DNA from: Balanoglossus misakiensis
Taxonomy: Eukaryota; Animalia; Hemichordata
DNA: 64,000 nucleotides
Assembly (NCBI GenBank): GCA_040954595.2
Contig: CM082584.2
Location: forward strand, 3,476,110-3,540,109
Direction of reading: 5' to 3'
The stretch's first letter is position 1; the number at the start of each line of letters is the position of its first letter. Shown here piece by piece: positions 1 through 14,777 of the stretch. A model generated the notes under the pieces. That model made no database searches. It was not told the origin of the DNA and was given only the letters and a program-made list of their open reading frames with translations. A program made the translations under genes and the position numbers.

Positions 1-900
1 CATATTAAATTTTGTAAATCCATTTTAAGGTTAAATACCAAAGCGAATAATGCAGCAACCAGAGGTGAGCTTGGGAGGTACACCATGAATACAATGAGAC
101 TTCATAGAATAATTAATTACTGGTTAAGATTTTTACAAATGGGCGAAAATAGATACATTCATCATGCATATCTGGAACAGCATAGCATGGCTGAGAGAGG
201 GATTGAATGCTGGGCAAAACAGTGAAAAGTATGTTGTTTTACTACGGTTTTGCGGAAGCATGGTACAACCAGGGTGTTGATAATGTGTCCAAGTTTATTT
301 CCGAGTTTAAACAGCGCTGTAAAGATATTGATGAACAAGAGTGGCATTCATCCATTACTTGTTCAAGTAGACTTGACACTTATAGATTGTACAAATCCGC
401 TTTATAACTTGAACCTTACCTTTTGACCCTATGAAATCTATTATTAAACGCACGCTTACCTTTTTCCGTATATCATGTCATAATCTTTTAATAGAACAAG
501 GAAGACATAAGAAACTTTCACGAGAGAACAGACTCTGTATTTGTATTGATGGCAGCATCGAAAACGAGTATCACTTCCTTTTGAATTGTAAACTTTATAA
601 CCCCTTAAGATCAAAATATCTCCCTCCCCAATACACCATAAACCCAAGTATTGATAAATTTAAAACCTAAGCTTGTTATCTTCACAACACAACGAAACAC
701 TGAGAAAGTGGAGTACCTACTTATTTTTTTGCGTTTGAGTTGAGGAAAAAATTAGATTTTGATTTTTATTCGTCCTAGTACACGAATTAAGTTCTGTATA
801 TATTGTACATATTTCAAAGGTCACTGTTCATGTTAATGTTATGTATTTTGGCACAAAAGGCTGGAGGCCTGCAGTGCATTCTGAATAAATTATTATTATT
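1..900 (+). mobile_element. 3' end of a decayed non-LTR retrotransposon (RTE-X-like LINE ORF2 C-terminus)
   Basis: Frameshifted translation HIKFCKSIL...ATRGELGRY...YWLRFL, then FRISCHNLLIEQGRH...RLCIC...ENEYHFLLNC (CCHC knuckle typical of LINE ORF2 C-termini). Ends in AATAAA plus an (ATT)n tail at ~885-900. Clade assignment is from motif recall only. Confidence 0.8.
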
Positions 901-3507
901 TTTAGAATAAGATAAACAGTGTCTTGTATCAAACATAATTAATGGAAAAGGGCAGCGAGAGACAGACGTTGTCCCTTTAAGAGATCTGAACCAGTATTTA
1001 CACATTCAAGAAAAATATTTAAGCAAAAACCCTTTTATAGATTATAATTTAGATGATGACCTAGGCATATCCCTTTTTAGGTGAACATTAGCATATTTGG
1101 CGGGAAATAATCACCGAGCGAAAAACACCCCTGTGATGCACCTTTGGTTCTAGAGGATAGGGCATATATTTGAAGTATTTTATTATGGGGAAAAATATGT
1201 GAAATAGGGGCTTTAAGTGTTTTTGGGACAGCTCCGCTCAATGAGACTGTGGTTTGAGTGTAGGAAATTGCCAAAAAAGAATAAATAGCTTCCAACCGAT
1301 AATTTTCCTCTCCTGGGTCTGTTATGTCCCTCTCTAGCTGGTTTGTTTCTACGCATCGCAACTGAAACAATCCGCTTCCAACCTTTACTGCTGGAATTCG
1401 TGTCCATAGAAAAACAGGATGTCAAAAGTACGTGCTCGGAATGTTTCACGTGAGACATTTGATCCTTAAGTTGTATAGCCCCCTTGTAATACATTATCAG
1501 ACAAAGACTTTGTTTGGCATGGTGGCTCAGCAACCGTTTACGATCATACTATACCACATTTACATTCATACAATAGTCGGCTGCATTACTGATTGTATAT
1601 TTAACAATCTTTTTTGAAGTCAGGCTTTTTTGGCTTAAATAGTCATTTGGGGCATTTCATCGTTAAACTTGGAAATTTAATTTCGCTTTCTGAAAATACC
1701 ATCTGGTTTGAAGGAAAAGTTCACATGCTGAAAAGTGAAAACCTTGCCTTTCGTTGCTTACTGTAGTTTCTCATTTATCGCAAAAATGATTTAAAAGGGG
1801 CCGATATCTTGATGTGTGCAACAACTTGCAAAATCCTTTAGATGATCATAGTGCTAATGTGAACCCATGAAAACAAGGATTGCAAATTCTTATCTCCTCT
1901 GCTTACCAGATATCACGACATGCTTCGTTTTAACCAGGTTGTTCTGTCCCGTCGTGCGTATACCTCAAATCACAACAGGGCAAGTTTTGTGGGTTTGTTG
2001 GTTATGGAGGGAAGTAATCCTATCATTTTCAACAGAGGCGTTGTAGACCTCACTGTACACTATGTGATGTCAACGACAAGTCTGTTTGGCGGGCGGTACA
2101 GTACATCAGTTGTGTAATTGTGACGGAACGCGCCCACTATGCGCAAGCGTAATTGGATGCCAAGAAGTAACATTCATCACTTTCTCAGGCATGACGTCAC
2201 AGCGGTCACAATGTTCCGAATAAAGGTTTGGAGGGCTATCATTTTTTGATAAACTGTCTCCGTGGTACATAATAAATTTATTAGCTCTAAGGATGTACGC
2301 GCAGAACATAAACCGGAAAACTGCGCGCACTCGTCTTTTCCTCTTTACTATCAATCACGTGATCTGGCCATGTGACCCACGGCGTTGTCATTTCCAGGTG
2401 ACGGGCAAGCAATATTTCGGCATCCAGTAAATGTTTTCCGAGTATGTTTATACTTTAGAACAACCAGACAAGTAACATGTATCAGGTATGGTGCCTCATC
2501 AGCCTCATGGCGTTTCGTCTGCGCAGTCTTCGTCTGCACCACGTTGTTGAAGTTGCCGGTCATCTGGAAATTTGAATGCCGACGTAACTTTGCCTGAGCG
2601 CGTCTGACATCATTTGATATCGATGAATAGGATAACATTGATAATTGCTGGAAAACAAATTTCTACTATTGTCATTTTCACGAAATGTTACACATAGCTC
2701 AGTTCAGTCCAGAAAAGCAAAATAAATTTTGCTCTTACAGGCAATTGAAATCTGCGCCTAACGCTACGTATTGTCGTCCCGTATATCAACTCATGTCATT
2801 ATGAAGTGAGACTGCATAGACCACGGCGGAAACATCTTGGTGTAAATCCGGAAAACCCTGTCACCAGCTTGTAAACACACACGGCCGGCCCGGCGCATCG
2901 TTCAAGCACTAATGAACATAGGTTCATTGAATTGTTTCCCCAGTAGTTTTTAACTGGCCACATGAGGGTTTTTTTTTTTTCAAGAAACTTATCGCTCGTT
3001 TCTAATTTCCAGTTCATAAATATTCAGCTGAAGACGTCCCTTACATAAATTTGCATACGAAAAAATTGTCTGCTGTTGTTGATAGCTCACGGTTGTGACA
3101 TCGCACACGGTATTTACATAAATTTGCATGTGAATGAAAAATGTTGTGCATGGTCAAACGTTGATTCATTATATATCCACATGTAGAATAATATAAACGG
3201 TGTCTTGTATCAAACAAGTTAATGGAAAAAGGGCACCGAGAGAGAGACTTTGTCCCTTTAACTAACTAACGAAGAACGAAGGTACAAACTGAGTGAACTA
3301 ACTCGCTCACCCACTCAGTCACTCATTCACTCACTCACTAATTCCATCTCACATGTTATATGAATCTGCTTCGCGGAGTGCAGTAGGTACAAATTGCAGA
3401 AAACTTATCAATTTATTAATTATTTTTATAGTTTTGTTTTAGTGATTTATTTATTTTCAGTCATTTATTTTCTTTATACATTTTTTGCTTTCATGTTTTC
3501 TGTCTAG

Positions 3508-4638
3508 GAACATCATCTCTAAAAGGGCAACACTGGAAAACTCGTTTGCAAAATTTCGCTCCAATGCTGCCTTGGATTTAGTTCTCAATAAAGGATTTCT
3601 AGTACCGCCCGGATACTCTATGATATCCTATTCTCCTCCATGAAACAATATAAGTCATGCGCATTGGTGGCAAACGGTGGTATTCTCAAAAACAGCGAAT
3701 GTGGACGTGAGATTGACAGTCATGATTTTGTGATGAGAGTAAATTTACCTAAATTAGTTGGATTTGAAAAGGATGTTGTAACAAAAACTGACTTACAACC
3801 TTTCAACCAATATGTAGACATCGATTTGTATAAAGCCGTCAGCCAAATGACAGGTCAAAAGGAAAGAAAAAAAAAACAGAATTTGTCAGATATCTTGCAG
3901 AGGCTTGCCAACTTACACAATTCAACCGTTTGGTTTCCCTATAAGTTGTCAGGATGGAAAGGTAAACTGAACGATTCAACCGTTATGATGCAAGACGTAT
4001 TGAGACAAACGAAGTTAGGGTTAAAAGCCATGGACTACAGCGTTGCATATTCTCCGGTACCTATATGGCCGGACGTAATGAACAGGTGCGTGACTTCTAT
4101 TTCAAGACTTTAAATGAAACACATACATACAAATAAACACAAAGAAACAAACCAAACATGACAAAGAGACAAACAAACAAACAGAGACAGACTAACACAT
4201 AGACACACAACATGACCCACAACCACACGAGAATTTGTAGTACGTAGGATCGGCCAATGAAAATGAAAGGCCAAATTATGACTACTAAACAGAGAATTCA
4301 AATAATAATTTGATGACGAAGAAACAGGAAAGGTCGCATCCTCAGCTACCAACGTAAAATTATTCGTTATATTTTTCAGAATGTGGAACAAAATAAAAAA
4401 CAGCGAGGGTTTTACACTGTTTACCATGTCGACGCTTTTCTGCAAGAAACTGACTCTCTATGGATTTTGGCCCTTTTCTGAGGACTCGAGAGGGCGCAAA
4501 TTGTCTCATCACTACTATGAGAATTTGATCTACAATGTCACCTCAAAAAACAACATGCCTCCGGAGTTTGAAATTTTGAAAAAAATCAATCGCTCAAATG
4601 TCATAAGTCTCTTTACAGAGAAATGTACTCAGCACTAA
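3508..4638 (+). pseudogene. ST8Sia-like (GT29) sialyltransferase partial pseudogene, copy 1 (exons 3508-4085, 4380-4638)
   Basis: Sialylmotif L ([30 protein letters not shown]), motif S ([13 protein letters not shown]) and motif III (HHYYEN). A 34-bp deletion at ~3598 relative to the intact copy shifts the frame. The TM exon and 90-bp stem exon are absent. Confidence 0.85.
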
Positions 4639-6214
4639 GTAAAACCGTTTTCAACACTCATTTCGAAGTTCTGGTTTGGCACATGCGTATTAGACGATCG
4701 TCGCCCTTTAAATCAGCGATGCAGAGCTACATGTAAGTCCCACACATTGCAATATCATTCCTACCAGGTACTCATTACTCCTGAGTGGGGAGAAGCAATG
4801 AAACGTCAAGGTAATATACACCTCAAAAATTAGTGTTACACATTTCTCATGTTTCGCCCAAGTCAACTATAGATTATTCTGTCTTAAAATTGAGAATAAA
4901 AACGGGGGTCAACGGGAAAAATTCTGAATGAGACAGCAAAACTGTCTCCAATTCGAAATTCAAAATTGCCACCAATCTCTGTAGTAAGTCTGTGGAGAAA
5001 ATGGAAAGTAGCCATTTTTATGAATAAAAGATGGTGATCGCCCAGTATTCTTCTTTGTATTTTAAAGACACCCGACACGCTTTAATATAGCAACGAATTG
5101 GAAGGTTTAGAGGACTATAATTTTACTGAAAATCTGTTCCCCAGGTCCCTTGCTAAAGGACGCAACATCTGTACGACAAGGTCGCTCATGAATACACACC
5201 TCCAGCCACTGGAAACGGTCACAGAAGGTCACTCGCATTGAAGCCATGCACTGGTTCACTTGTCTGTAGACCGGAGTCTGGACTGTACCATTATACGGTG
5301 GTGAGGGTCGCATCCCATGGCCATAGTGTACAGACAATACACTCGTAAGAATTGAACGAATTCACGTGTTGGATGTTACCGACAGCAATGAATATCATTT
5401 AAATTGAAATATCCAAATTTGACACCACAGAAGTAAAAGAAGCAATCTGCTTTCATTTACTGCACCCCTCGCCCAGCCTTCCCCGAAGAAAACTTCAACA
5501 GTGCGGTGAGCGTGATTTACAATGGTGCATCTCAGTCTGGGTCACAGTAGTCCCTTTCTTGAGGGACTGTGTGTCTGGGTGAAGCGCGAAGACGCTATGC
5601 ATATTTGCAACTTTTTACTTGACTACATTTTTGCAGTGACAACGCATAGCGATTTCACACTGGAGGTTTTCAGAACAGCGTAAGTGGCAATGAAATGGTT
5701 AATTTTCATAAAGACAATGAACCTTTGGCTCAGCAAACCACGGACAAGGTCACCTCATGGCATCTCACGTAGCTACCATTATAATGGCAACTCTTTACAT
5801 GTATAAGCCTTTTCTTAAGAGGTGATGCCCTCCATTCATCATGGTTCGGGTGGACAGGGGTCATAATTCACTCTTCAGTCACTTTTCTTTTAGGGTGAAT
5901 AAAGATTTACTATACTAGGTATTTGTTGTTGAATAACACATGCAACGGAGAAATATTGTTGGTCTTCAAATGTTGATAAATTGTCTCCAATTCGAAATTT
6001 CAAAATGACCGCCATTCTATGTGGTAAGTCTATGGAGAAAATTTTAAGCAGTGGTTTTCATGAACAAAAATGATAGTAAACCCCTAGTGTTCAAAAATAC
6101 TACCCTATATAGCTTAAAGCTCAAATGAAAAGTACACTAAACATTGCTGAAAAAGTGATTTTCACTTAATAATTAATACACGGAAAGACACGAGCAAAAC
6201 AATTACGACAGAAA

Positions 6215-6625
6215 AAGGAAGACATAAGAAACTTTCACGAGAGAACAGACTCTGTATTTGTAATGATGGCAGCATCGAATATGAGTACTAGTATCACTTC
6301 CTTTTGAATTGTAAACTTTATAACCCCTTAAGATCAAAATATCTCCCTCCCCAATACACCATAAACCCAAGTATTGATAAATTTAAGACTTTGTTATCTT
6401 CACAACACAACGAAACATCGAGAAAGTTGAGTACCTACTTTTTTGCGTTTAAGTTGAGGAAAAAATACCTCGAGAAAAATTAGATTTTGATTTTTATTCG
6501 TCCTAGTACACGAATTAAGTTCTGTATATATTGTACATCTTTCAAAGGTCACTGTTCATGTTAATGTTATGCATTTTGGCACAAAAGGCTGGAGGCCTGC
6601 AGTGCATTGAATAAATTATTATTAT
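6215..6625 (+). mobile_element. Duplicated, shorter copy of the LINE 3' end seen at 498-900
   Basis: Near-identical to 498-900 (GRHKKLSRENRLCIC..., AATAAA-ATT tail). Confidence 0.8.
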
Positions 6626-7924
6626 ATTTTAGAATAAGATAAACAGTGTCTTGTATCAAAAATAATTAATGGAAAAGGGCAGCGAGAGACAGACGTTGTC
6701 CCTTTAAGAGATCTGAACCAGTATTTACACATTCAAGAAAAATATTTAAGCAAAAACCCTTTTATGGATTATAATTTAGATGATGACCTAGGCATATCCC
6801 TTTTTAGGTGAAAATTAGCATATTTGGCGGGAAATAATCCCCGAGCGAAAAAACACCCCTGTGATGCACCTTTGGTTCTAGAGGATAGGGCATATATTTG
6901 AAGTATTTTATTATGGGGAAAAATATGTGAAATAGGGGCTTTAAGTGTTTTTGGGACAGCTCAATGAGACTGTGGTTTGAGTGTAGGAAATTGCCCCAAA
7001 AGAATAAATAGCTTCCAACCGATAATTTTCCTCTCCTGTGTTTGTTATGTCCCTCTCTAGCTGGTTTGTTTCTATGCATCGCAACTGAAACAATCCACTT
7101 CCAACCTTTACTGCTGGAATTCGTGTCCATAGAAAAACAGGATGTCAAAAGTACGTGATCGGAATGTTTGACGTGAGACATTTGATCCTTAAGTTGTATA
7201 GCCCCCTTGTAATACATTATCAGACAAAGACTTTGTTTGGCATGGTGACTCAGCAACCGTCTACGATCATACTACACCACATTTACATTCATACCATGGT
7301 CGGCTCCATTACTGATTGTATATTTAACAATCTTTTATGAAGTCAGGCTTTTTTGGCTTAAATATTCATTTGGGGCATTTCATCGTCAAACTTGGAAATT
7401 TAATTTCGCTTTCTGAATATACCATCTTGTTTGAAGGAAAAGTTCACATGCTAAAAAGTGAAAACCTTGCCTTTCGTTGCTTACTGTAGTTTCTCATTTA
7501 TCGCAAAAATGATTTAAAAGGGGCCGATATCTTGAGGTGTGCAACAACTTGCAAAATCCCTTAGATGATCATAGTGCTAATGTGAACCCATGAATACAAG
7601 GATTGCAAATTCTTATCTCATCTACTTACCAGATATCTCGACATGCTTCGTCGTGCGTATACTTCAAATCACAACAGGGCAAGTTTTGTGGGGGTTTTTA
7701 TTATGGAGGGAAGTTATCCTATCATTTTCAACAGAGGCGTTGTAGACCTCACTGTACACTATGTGATGTCAACGACAAGTCTGTCTGGCGGGAGGTACAG
7801 AACATTAGTTGTGTAATTAGGACGGAACGCGCCCCCTATGCGCAAGCATAATTGGATGCCAAGAAGTAACATTCATCACTTTCTCAGGCATGACGTCACA
7901 GCGGTCACAATGTTCCACATAAAT

Positions 7925-9780
7925 AGGGCGGGTATCGTCACGTATGAGGACGTCCTTGCGTGGGCCCAACAGCAACGCGACGAGGGCCTCACTAGCAACG
8001 CGACGATGGACAACTAGCAAGGCAACGTGAGACGAGCTCAGAAATCCCATAACTCCGCTAAAACTATTAAAAGCTTTATTTGAGGATTCTTACACTCTTT
8101 GGATTGACGAATAACTCGTAAACAGTGATCACCATTCAACTTCCGAATTTACAGAAGAAATTTCAGTGCTGAAAGCTCTTCTGATTTTTTGTGAGAGAGG
8201 CCTGTGTACCGCACGATGTCCAGCACTTCTGTCCAGTCGCTGCAGCACGCAATCACTTTGAACAGCGTTTGACATCGGACACAACAACGCAAGCGACTGA
8301 AACAGCCGTACGGCCCACAGCAGATAGGTGAGTGTCTGTGACAGTTGAGAGGTTCGTCCGTCACTTGTCTGTGAACTATCGGTAAAAGTACGTAGGCCCC
8401 TACATTGAAGTTACTCACTGTACCAACTATGGACAATGTCCTTGTATGGCTTCGTCATATAATTCTTTTTTTTTTGTATCGAGAACATTCTCTAAGTTTT
8501 TATGATATTAGGTCATGCTGATATATTTTTCTCGATCTTTGTTTCAGATCAATCTGTCACAATTCAACTTGATGCTGACAGGGAAAGATGTGTCTCCAGC
8601 CCCTGTTGAAATTTCCACTGTTATATAGCTGAACTACATGTAATTATAAGACTAAGCAAATTAAACTGTGTTTATGTTAGAGTAACTCGTATAACAAGTG
8701 TCTGATTCACTTTTTTGTACGGATGTGTGTAGTGTATGAACTTGATCAACAAATCAATGTGTACCGTCCTAGGTGGACTGGCTGGGTCAGTGCAGCTGAC
8801 GCGCGCAGAACACCGGGCGGCTTGTAAGCTGGGCCGGGAAGAGATAACAAACATTGCCGTGTACGATAATAAGCCGTGCGCTCGTGGGGGAAGACTGAAG
8901 ATGCACAAATTATGAAGATGCACAAATTACCAGTCGCAGTCACTGACTGTGTACCAGTATATACGGTGTTCGACGGGAAGGACTTTGTAATCAACCGAGA
9001 AGAAAACTGCTAGGATTGGCAGCGATAATTGCTAGCGATTGCTCAGGTGCCGATATAGGCCTACAATAGGCGGTCAGATCAGCGATGATTTACGCCAGCT
9101 AAAACACAAATGTATTGTAAAAGATTGATACATCGACAAAGAACTGAGCTAAGGTTTATACCAAGGTGTGCTTTCAGTCCGTAGCGAGGTCGATTTTGTT
9201 GTGGGCCGTCTTTGGTGTCTGGCGTTTTCATTTATACGAGTTATTTTCTATCGTATTCCCTACGTATATACTCCACGGGCATATATCGATCATCATAAAA
9301 TTGTGCCGCAAAATAAAGGCACACCATCAGAAATACACGAAATTTTCCAGATGAACTGTATAATAGTGGACGGTTTGTCACTAAAAGAAACATTTTGGTT
9401 CATGATCAACTTTAGTGTGAAGCAAAAGGCTGATTGTGGAGACCAAGCTCTGTACATGGCAGGGCCGTGTGTCGTACGGCCGATACCTTCACCACAGCCG
9501 ACCCAGCTAACTCAAAATACAAGGCGATCTTTGGGCAGTCATTTCGACTAGAATTTCCGTCTCTGAATCAAAACTCGTGGACCTATAACCGTTACCGAGC
9601 ACACCTCATCCATACGGGGCGACCAAACGCCCCAAAACGCCTCACAACTTGTACAAAGGCCCCTTTTTGGACTTTATGCGAGAGAAACCACGGCCATCTT
9701 GTTCCAGCTTGCACACAAGTTATGCAGTGCATTGTGGGTATGTTTATTAACAAAGGCTAAATCGGGACGATACCCGCCTT
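7925..9780. mobile_element. Non-autonomous TIR element (~1.86 kb), possibly Kolobok-like
   Basis: Left end AGGGCGGGTATCGTCACG; right end CGGGACGATACCCGCCTT followed by TTAA. No convincing internal ORF. Absent from the other copies of the duplicated unit. Confidence 0.65.
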
Positions 9781-11069
9781 TTAATATAGCAAAGAATAAA
9801 GGTTTGGAGGGCTATCATTTTTTGATAAACTGTCTCCGTGGTACATAATAAATTTATTAGCTTTAAGGATGTACGCGCAGAACATAAACCGGAAAACTGC
9901 GCGCTCTCGTCTTTTCCTCTTTACTATCAATCACGTGATCTGGCCATGTGACCCACGGCGTTGTCATTTCTAGGTGACGGGCAAGCAATATTTCGGAATC
10001 CAGTAAATGTTTTCCGAGTATGTTTTAACTTTAGAACCACCAGACAAGTAACATGTGTAAGGTATGGTGCCTCATCAGCCTCATGGCGTTTCGTCTGCGC
10101 AGTCTTTGTCTGCACCACGTTGTTGAAGTTGCCGGTCATCTGGAAATTTGAATGCCGACGTAACTGCGCCTGAGCGCGTCTGACATCATTTGATATCGAT
10201 GAATAGGATTACATTGATAATTGCTGGAAAACAAATTTCTACTATTGTCATTTTCACGAAATTTTACACATAGCTCAGTCAAGTCCAGAAAAGCAAAATA
10301 AATTTCGCTCTTACAGGCAATTGAAATCTGTGCCTATCTCTACGTATTGTCGTCCCGTATATCAACTCATGTCATTATGAAGTGAGACTGCATAGACCAC
10401 GGCGGAAACATCTTGGTGTCAATCCGGAAAACCCTGTCACCAGCTTGTAAACACACACGGCCCGGCGCATCGTTCAAGCACTAATGAACATAGGTTCATT
10501 GAATTGTTTCCCCAGTAGTTTTTAACTGGCTACAGGAGGGTTTTTTTCAAGAAACTTATCGCTCGTTACTAATTTCCAGTACATAAATATTTAGCTGAAG
10601 ACATCATTTAAATAAATTTGCATACGAAAAACATGTCTGCTGTTGTTGATAGCTCACGGTTGTGACATCGTACACGGTATTTACATACATTTGCATGTGA
10701 ATGAAAAATGTTGTGCGTGGTCAAACGTTGATTCATTATATATCCACATGTAGAATAACATAAACGGTGTCTTGTATCAAACAAGTTAATGGAAAAAGGG
10801 GACCGAGAGAGAGACTTTGTCCCTTTAACTAACTAACGAAGAACGAAGGTACAAAGTGAGTGGACGAACTCGCTCACCCACTCAGTCACTCATTCACTCA
10901 CTAATTCCATTTCACATGTTCTATGAATCTGCTTCGCGGAGTGCAGTTGGTACAAATTGTAGAAAACTAATCAATTTCTAATTATTTTTACAGTGTTGTT
11001 TTAGTGATGTATTTATTTTCAGTCATTTATTTTCTTTATACATTTTTTGCTTTCATGTTTTCTGTCTAG

Positions 11070-12245
11070 AAACATCATCGCTAAAAGGGCAACACTGGAA
11101 AACTCGTTTGCAAAATTTCGCTCCAATGTTGCCTTGGATTTAGTTCTGAACAAAGGATTCCCCAGGATGCCACAGAACCGGATGCCCCTCTTTCTAGTAG
11201 CGCCCGGATACTCTATGATATCCTATTCTCCTCCATGAAACAGCAGAAGTCATGCGCATTGGTGGGAAACGGTGGTATTCTCAAAAACAGCGAATGTGGA
11301 CGTGAGATTGACAGTCATGATTTTGTGATGAGAGTAAATTTACCTAAATTAGTTGGATTTGAAAAGGATGTCGGAACGAAAACTGACTTACAAGCTTTCA
11401 ACCAATATGTAGGCATCGATTTGTATAAAGCCGTCAGCCAAATGACAAGGTCAAAAGGAAAGAAAAAAAAACAGAATTTGCCAGATATCTTGCATAGGTT
11501 TGCCAACTTACACAACTCAACCGTTTGGTTTCCCTATAAGTTGTCAGGATGGAAAGGTAAACTGAACGATTCAACCGTTATGATGCAAAACGTATTGAGA
11601 CAAACGAAGTTAGGGTTGAAAGCCATGGACTACAGCGTTGCATATTCTCCGGTACCTATATGGCCGGACGTAATGAACAGGTGCGTGACTTCTATTTCAA
11701 GACTTTAAATGAAACACATACATACAAATAAACACAAAGAAACAAACCAAACACGACAAAGTGACAAACAAACAAACAAACAAACAAACAGAGACAGAAT
11801 GACACATAGACACACAAAATGAATCACAACCACACGATAAATTGTACTACGTAGGATCTGCCAATGAAAATGAAAGGCCAAATTATGACTACTAAACAGA
11901 GAATTCAAATAATAATTTGATGACTAAGAAACAGGAAAGGTCGCATCCTCAGCTACCAACGTAAAATTATTCGTTATAATTTTCAGAATATGGAACAAAA
12001 TAAAAAACAGCGAGGGTTTTACACTGTTTACCATGTCGACGCTTTTCTGCGAGAAACTGACTCTCTATGGTTTTTGGCCCTTTTCTGAGGACTCTAGAGG
12101 GCGCAAGTTGTCTCATCACTACTATTAGAATTTGATCTACAATGTTTCCTCAAAAAACAACATGCCTCCGGAGTTTGAAATTTTGAAAAAAATCAATCGC
12201 TGAAATGTCATAAGTCTCGTTACAGAGAAATGTACTCAGCACTAA
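11070..12245 (+). pseudogene. ST8Sia-like (GT29) sialyltransferase partial pseudogene, copy 2 (exons 11070-11680, 11987-12245)
   Basis: Same sialylmotifs as copy 1. A 1-bp deletion in the C-run at ~11160 shifts the frame. Premature TAG (HHYY*, ~12126) and TGA (~12201) in the last exon. 5' exons absent. Confidence 0.9.
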
Positions 12246-13460
12246 GTAAAACCGTTTCCAACACCCATTACGAAGTTCTGGTTTGGCACATGCACATGAG
12301 ACGATCGTCGCCCTTTAAATCAGCGATGCAGAGCTACATGTAAGTCCCACACATTGCAATATCATTCCTACCAGGTACTCATTACTCCTGAATGGGGAGA
12401 AGCAATGAAACGTCAAGGTAGTAAACACCTCGAAATTAATGTTACACTTTTCTCATGTTTCGCTCAAGTCAACTATAGATTATGCTGTCTTAAAATTGAG
12501 AATAAAAATGGGGCACCGGGAAAAATTCTGAATGAGACAGCAAAACTGTCTCCAATTCGAAATTCAAAATGGCCACCAATCTCTGAAGTAAGTCTATGGA
12601 GAAAATGGAAAGTAGCCATTTTTATGAAAAAAGATGGTGATCGCCCAGTATTCTTCTTTGTTTTTTAAAGACTCCCGACACGCTTTAATATAGCAACGAA
12701 TTGGAAGATTTAGAGGACTATAATTTTACTGAATATCTGTACCCCAGGTCCCTTGCTAAAGGACGCAACTTCTGTACGACAAGGTCGCTCATGAATATAC
12801 ACCTCCAGCCACCGTCTGGAAACGGTCACAGAAGGTCACTCGCATTGACGCCATGCACTGGTTCACATCCCATGGCCATAGTGTACAGACCATACTCTCG
12901 TAAGAATTGAACAATTTCACGTGTTAGACAGCAATGAATATCATTTAAATTGAAATATCCAAATTTGACACCACAGAAGTAAAAGAAACAATCTGCTTTC
13001 ATTTACTGCACCCCTCGCCCAGCCTTCCCCGAAGAAAACTTCAACAGTACGGTGAGCGTGATATACAATGGTGCATTTCAGTCTGGGTCACAGTGGTCCC
13101 TTTCTTGAGGGACTGTGTGTCTGGGTGAAGCGTGAAGACGCTATGCATATTTTCAACTTTTTACATGACTACATTTTTGCAGTGACAACGCATAGCGGTT
13201 TAACACTGGAGGTTTTCAGAACAGCGAAAGTGGCAATGAAATGGTTAATTTTCACAAAGACGATGAACCTTTGGCCCTGCAAATCACGGACAAGGTCACC
13301 TCATGGCATTTCACGTAGCTACCACTATAATGGCAACTCTTTACATGTATAATCCTTTTCTTTAGAGGCGATGCCCTCCATTCATCATGGTTCGGGTGGC
13401 CAGGGGTCATAATTCACTCTTCAGTCACTTTTCTTTTAGGGTGAATAAAGATTTACTATA

Positions 13461-14580
13461 ACCCCGTAGTGTTCAAGCTTGGACAATAAAGTGGCATGGT
13501 GAATGTTATCGAAAGCTTTGCTGAAGTCAATAAACACCCCCAGTGTGGAATTCCGGTCCCCTTATCAATTTCTTTTAACAAGTGGTTAACTAAGTTATTC
13601 AAAGTGAGCTTGGTGCTATGGTTCTTTCTAAAGCCATACTGATGCTTATATAATATATTATATTAATCAAGGAAAGCAATCACTTGTTTGTTTACCACTT
13701 TACTGAACATTGGTAAAATGGCGATGGGTCTGTAGTTCCCAACAATGTGCTGTTCTCCTTTCTTGAAGCTGGGTTTAACCTTAGAAACTTTTAAGGCATT
13801 AGGGAAGACACCGGTACAGAAAGACATATTTATGATGTGGGTCAAAGGTTGAGCAATAACATCAGCTGCATCAATTAGGAGTCTTGGAGGAATATTATCC
13901 CACCCACTGGCCTTTTTACTGTCAAGATGCACCAAAATCTCTTTTATCTCAGCAACCGTCACAGGATGGAGAAAAAAAGAGTTTGACATAGGATCATTCA
14001 TATAATTTTTAAAATCTTTTGTGGTTTTCGGAATGTGTTTTGCCAGATTTTGACCCACATGTACAAAGAAGGCATTAAAACACTTAGCCATATCAGCTGG
14101 CTTATCTACCAAACGTTCAATCCCATTTACCTTAACTTTTAACTGATATGGTCCGACCGTACAAATGGCATGTGGACATTGGAGTTGTTGAAAATAGAGA
14201 AAATAGGTAAGTGATCTGAAATATCAGCAATAATTGTACAAGCATCAATGTGACAAGAGCTAATATTGGAATAAATATGATCAATGGTCGACTTGGAAGT
14301 ACTTGTACTACGAGTTGGGGAGGAGATTAACTGTTCAAGATGACGACATTGCATCCTTGGTATGAAATCCCGAGCACTAGAGTCTGGATTTGACACATCA
14401 ATATTAAAATCACCCATAAGAATACAATGTTTTTTATCCAATTTCAGAGAACAAAGAACATCAAAAAGACTGTCTTCAAACTCTGTGACACTAGTTCCTA
14501 GTTTGCGATATAACACACCGACAAGTATGCGATTCTTTAAACCGCATATTTCAAACCATAGTGATTCAGAGTGAACCACT
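13461..14580 (-). mobile_element. CR1/L2-group LINE ORF2 fragment (endonuclease plus start of reverse transcriptase), decayed
   Basis: Endonuclease motifs ESLWFEI...ILMGDFNID...PTR...STIDHIYSN...ISDHLPIF, then FNAFFVHVG...KASGWDNIP...PLTHIINMSFCTGVFP...GNYRPIAILP. Frameshifts and internal deletions are present. Confidence 0.9.
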
Positions 14581-14777
14581 TTCGCTGCGGGAGGGCGTTT
14601 TCTGCGCCGGCAGTCAGAATGCGGGAGACGCGTAAACGCGCCAAGATCGCGTATGTTACTATGTTAGTCTGGTTCCCTCCCCCAATCCCACCGCTGGTTG
14701 CGCTACGCTAAAGGGAAAGGGTCAGGCACGGCCTATTGTAAACATGGCTCTCATTGGTCAATACATACGAACATTAA

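Larger units (their letters stand above)
498..13460 (+). repeat. Tandem segmental duplication carrying the two 3' exons of the sialyltransferase
   Basis: 498-5913 realigns closely to 6215-13460. The second copy has ~1.9 kb extra at ~7918-9795 and ends abruptly at 13460 against a CR1 fragment. Confidence 0.95.

Noticed and set aside
1077-1617. Recurring ORFs at 1077-1617 and 6804-7340 (likewise 13068-13352 and 17286-17570)
   Set aside because: They recur only because of the segmental duplication. Frames are not preserved between copies and no domain is recognisable.
3640-4113. Functional soluble sialyltransferases starting at MKQ (also 11235-11708)
   Set aside because: The Met is internal to an exon of the intact gene. 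The copies lack TM and stem exons and have frameshifts, and copy 2 has stop codons.
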